Source: Chlamydiia bacterium
GTDB taxonomy: Bacteria; Chlamydiota; Chlamydiia; Chlamydiales; JBMOFD01
Direction: 5' to 3'
Length of the DNA stretch: 18,865 nucleotides
NCBI GenBank assembly: GCA_049314435.1
Contig: JBMOFD010000035.1
Span: 1-18,865, forward strand
A program made the position numbers and the translations under genes. The notes below the pieces were generated by a model. That model saw only the letters and a program-made list of their open reading frames with translations, did not search any database and was not told where the DNA came from. Below are positions 16,038-18,865 of this stretch, piece after piece (the stretch's first letter is position 1; every line of letters starts with the position of its first letter).

Positions 16038-17429
16038 GTGAGTATTAGTCCGCCTAACAGGAGTGCATCTGATCTATCGCACTCCTCGGAGCTGAGCCAA
16101 AGCACCTCATCGACCCCCCGCTCTTTTTCTCCATCTTCCGGTGCTGGAAGCGAGTCATCCTCACCTAGATCTCTGGTGGGGCGGCGACTTGCTCGTCTGA
16201 CTCCTCTGCCCAAGCTTCTTGAAGAGGGAGCAGATATTCCTTTGGAGCATGAAGGGGTGTCAGGGCCTTTCAAAAGCCCGCAGTTGGATCGTATTGCCAA
16301 AATCGGGAATCGCGTGCTCTTTGTCACAGGCGAGGCGTTTGCCCACGGGGGATTGGCCACAGTCCACAGAGCTATGACCCTGGAATCCCCAGAGCCAGAT
16401 AGCTATCAACCAAGTGGTGAGCTCAGCGTGGTTAGAAGCCAGCAGGTCAGGCTCTCCACTCGACCCGTAGCGATACGGAGAGGCTCACCTCAGGAGATTT
16501 CAGACCGAGCTCGTAGCTATGAGCGCAAGTTCGCATTCGAGATGGGGGTGCACCGTCGTGCTCATAGACTGGCTCCTGCCGGTGTCATCAACCTGATGGA
16601 TTCTAGGATCCAGACGCGGCAGATGGTCGAACCGAGTCGGCTTCCAATGGGCTCGAGATCAACAACGACGACGGAAGAGGTTCTTGTTACAGAGTGTGTT
16701 CTCGAACAGGGTGACATGTCTCTGAGCTCGTGGTTGCGGAACGGGCAGAGAGAATCAATCAATGTCGAGGTGGCGGCAGCCCAGCTTCTGGAAACGCTGG
16801 CGGTTCTTCATCGGAATGGCATCGTCCATCTCGATCTAAAGCCGGACAACATTCTGCTCGTCAAAGATGAGCAAGGCGCCTATCGGCTCAAACTGTGCGA
16901 CTTTGGTTGTGCCAATGATCTCAGCTTTCTCCAAGCAGAACGAACTCACCCGGAGGAGTGGACTGTTGCATGTGAGCGGGCTATCCCCAATCAAAACAGC
17001 ATCCTCTACACAGCCTCCGAGATTCGGGAGATAGGTCTTGGGAATCCGGATGGCATTCCCGGCCTTCCACTATATGAAGGTGGTGAGGTTCCCACAAAGT
17101 TTACCGATGATCACTACATTATGGGTCCCCGGTATGACGTGTTCTCTTTGGGCGTCGTGCTTTGGCAGATGGCAACCGATGTCGGCTTACCCTTGGTGGA
17201 GGCCCGGACCAAGAGATCGGACTTCTGGCCAGCCCCCTTTTCTCCAGATGACTATCAAGCGCTTAAAGAGATGGTTCAGCAGAACAGCTCTCTTCGTGCC
17301 AATCCACTCATCTGTACAGCTCTAAAGTGCCTCACGCCAATGCCTCTGGATCGCCCGTCAGATGCGGGCAAGGTCTTGAAGATCTTACAGAATTTTCAGA
17401 GCCAAATAGGGCGCTCTCCTTTTGGTTGA
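16038..17429 (+). CDS. Eukaryote-like (Hanks-type) Ser/Thr protein kinase-fold protein, paralog 1
   Basis: HLDLKPDN, LCDFG, YTASE, DVFSLG and RP subdomain XI, with a Ser/Pro-rich N-terminus. GTG 16038 is chosen because it matches the paralog's GTGAGTATT start (track start 16011). Confidence 0.9.
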   Translation: MSISPPNRSASDLSHSSELSQSTSSTPRSFSPSSGAGSESSSPRSLVGRRLARLTPLPKLLEEGADIPLEHEGVSGPFKSPQLDRIAKIGNRVLFVTGEAFAHGGLATVHRAMTLESPEPDSYQPSGELSVVRSQQVRLSTRPVAIRRGSPQEISDRARSYERKFAFEMGVHRRAHRLAPAGVINLMDSRIQTRQMVEPSRLPMGSRSTTTTEEVLVTECVLEQGDMSLSSWLRNGQRESINVEVAAAQLLETLAVLHRNGIVHLDLKPDNILLVKDEQGAYRLKLCDFGCANDLSFLQAERTHPEEWTVACERAIPNQNSILYTASEIREIGLGNPDGIPGLPLYEGGEVPTKFTDDHYIMGPRYDVFSLGVVLWQMATDVGLPLVEARTKRSDFWPAPFSPDDYQALKEMVQQNSSLRANPLICTALKCLTPMPLDRPSDAGKVLKILQNFQSQIGRSPFG

Positions 17430-17455
17430 CAAGTTAAAATTATGCTCTTACACGT
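17426..17455 (+). promoter_or_regulatory. Putative promoter of kinase 2
   Basis: TTGACA (overlapping the kinase 1 stop)-17 nt-TACACG, colinear with the kinase 1 upstream element. Confidence 0.55.
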
Positions 17456-17501
17456 AAATTTTGCTTGTCCGTAGAGGACTGTTGCCTTGTGGAGAGGTTG
17501 C

Positions 17502-18865
17502 GTGAGTATTGTTGGCCCGGACTCTCCGAACATCGATCGCCTTGTTGGATCTGGCTCAAGTCCCACGTTCTCAGAAGGGAGTGGGTCGGCAGCATCATTA
17601 GGGTCGGCGCTACTTCGCGACCTGCCGGCACCTGTCACCCCGCGATCTTTGGCAAGTCGACGGCTTTCTTCGGGTGTCCCGATTCAATTCCCAGGGGCAG
17701 GATCGGAGCTGAGCATTGAGAGCCCAGCATCTAGGTCATCAGGGAGCCCGGGTTGTCAGGATCGTATTGCTCTGCTTGGGGGTCGTTGTCTATTTATCTT
17801 TGGAGAGGCTTTTGCCAGTGGAGGTGCAGCCAAGGTACACCATGGTGTTGAACTCCAGTCGGAGAGCCCGTCAGGTTTTTTAGGTCCCAGTTCGTCGCCG
17901 GTCATGGCCGTACGACATCGTGAAGTCGCGCACAGAAGCGGTCAGAGGAATGGGGTTCTTATGGAGAGTCCCCCCGAACGCATCCAAAAACTAGTTGAGG
18001 AGCTGGCGTTCGAGGAGACTATTCATAGAAGGGCTCAGGAGCTGGCCCCATTTGGGGTCGTGCGTCTGGACGAAGTCCAGGTGGTCACCCAACATGAGGA
18101 GGTCGAGGGATTGCCCTCCAAAAAAGGCCAGGTTGTGGAGGTGATCGATCGAGTGACCATGGACCACGTGATGGAGTGTGCCGATGCCTCGCTGGCCGAT
18201 ATGTTGGCTGAAGATCCTCGCCCCTCGCTCGATCCGCAAGCCTGCGCTCTCAGTCTCACTCGGACTCTGGCGGTCTTACATGAGCAAGGTGTGGTGCATC
18301 TCGATCTCAAACCGCAGAACATCTTGATGTTCAGCCAGGCGGACGGAACCTATTTGGCCAAGCTATGCGACTTCGGGTGCTCCAATGACCTGAGCCTGCT
18401 CCAGCGACCTCTTTCAGAAGGTGATCAGGTAGTCATGGCCAACCAACGTCTGGTTCCAAAGATCACCACTCCTGCCTATACACCGCCTGAAGTCCGGGAA
18501 GTATTCGGCGGCAACAGGGCAGGCATTCAGGTGCCCTCGGAGGGAGCTATTCCCACCCACTACACCGATGGCACACCCATCATGGGGCCTAAGTGCGACG
18601 TCTTCTCTCTCGGCATGGTTCTATGGGAGATGGCCACCCAAACACCTCTGCCAATGCTGGAGAAGCGAAAGAAGATGCAGAGCTACCTGCCGGCTCGAAT
18701 CACGCCGGCGGATCACCAGGAGCTCATGAAGTTGGTAGAAGGCCGTTCAGAGCTTAAATCGGAGCCCCTCATCCAAACAGCGCTCCAGTGCTTGATCCCA
18801 GACCCTGCTCAGAGACCTGCAGATGCTGGGAAGGTGCTGGAGATCCTCACGAGCAAGCTAGACGC
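17502..18865 (+). CDS. Eukaryote-like Ser/Thr protein kinase-fold protein, paralog 2 (3' end beyond window; not in ORF track)
   Basis: Hand translation from GTG 17502 (GGAGAGG SD) is open to the window end: MSIVGPDSP...GEAFASGGAAKVH...HLDLKPQN...LCDFG...YTPPE...DVFSLGMVLWEM...QRPADAGKVLEIL. Confidence 0.9.
   Translation, partial: MSIVGPDSPNIDRLVGSGSSPTFSEGSGSAASLGSALLRDLPAPVTPRSLASRRLSSGVPIQFPGAGSELSIESPASRSSGSPGCQDRIALLGGRCLFIFGEAFASGGAAKVHHGVELQSESPSGFLGPSSSPVMAVRHREVAHRSGQRNGVLMESPPERIQKLVEELAFEETIHRRAQELAPFGVVRLDEVQVVTQHEEVEGLPSKKGQVVEVIDRVTMDHVMECADASLADMLAEDPRPSLDPQACALSLTRTLAVLHEQGVVHLDLKPQNILMFSQADGTYLAKLCDFGCSNDLSLLQRPLSEGDQVVMANQRLVPKITTPAYTPPEVREVFGGNRAGIQVPSEGAIPTHYTDGTPIMGPKCDVFSLGMVLWEMATQTPLPMLEKRKKMQSYLPARITPADHQELMKLVEGRSELKSEPLIQTALQCLIPDPAQRPADAGKVLEILTSKLD

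Noticed and set aside
17465..18322. Track ORFs 17465..17719 (+), 17991..18239 (-) and 18035..18322 (-), or a pseudogene reading of this region
   Set aside because: A single uninterrupted kinase frame runs from 17502 to the window end, so these are shadow ORFs and no frameshift is needed.

Overview
The window looks like a core-genome segment of an unusually GC-rich (roughly 55-60% in hand-counted rows) member of the Chlamydiae. Two conserved chlamydial blocks are present. The first is ftsH - pnp - rpsO - tadA - small conserved hypothetical - rhomboid-like gene. The second is rpmE(B) - prfA - prmC - ffh - rpsP - trmD - rplS - rnhB, followed by a YkfC-like NlpC/P60 peptidase. Four accessory genes that look like host-interaction factors are also present. 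Between ftsH and pnp lie an Inc-like bilobed membrane protein and a small protein with a mitochondrial-presequence-like N-terminus and a C-terminal TM helix. At the right end is a tandem pair of eukaryote-like Ser/Thr kinase paralogs; the second is missing from the ORF track because it runs off the window. Both kinases lack the canonical beta3 lysine and share a duplicated promoter/start cassette. Several intergenic regions are strongly structured. The most notable is the stretch upstream of rpmE, with a ~115-nt rod plus three tandem GNRA-capped hairpins, a candidate undescribed ncRNA or leader. No mobile elements, CRISPR arrays, tRNAs or rRNAs were seen. All folds, alignments and family calls were made by eye, without computation.
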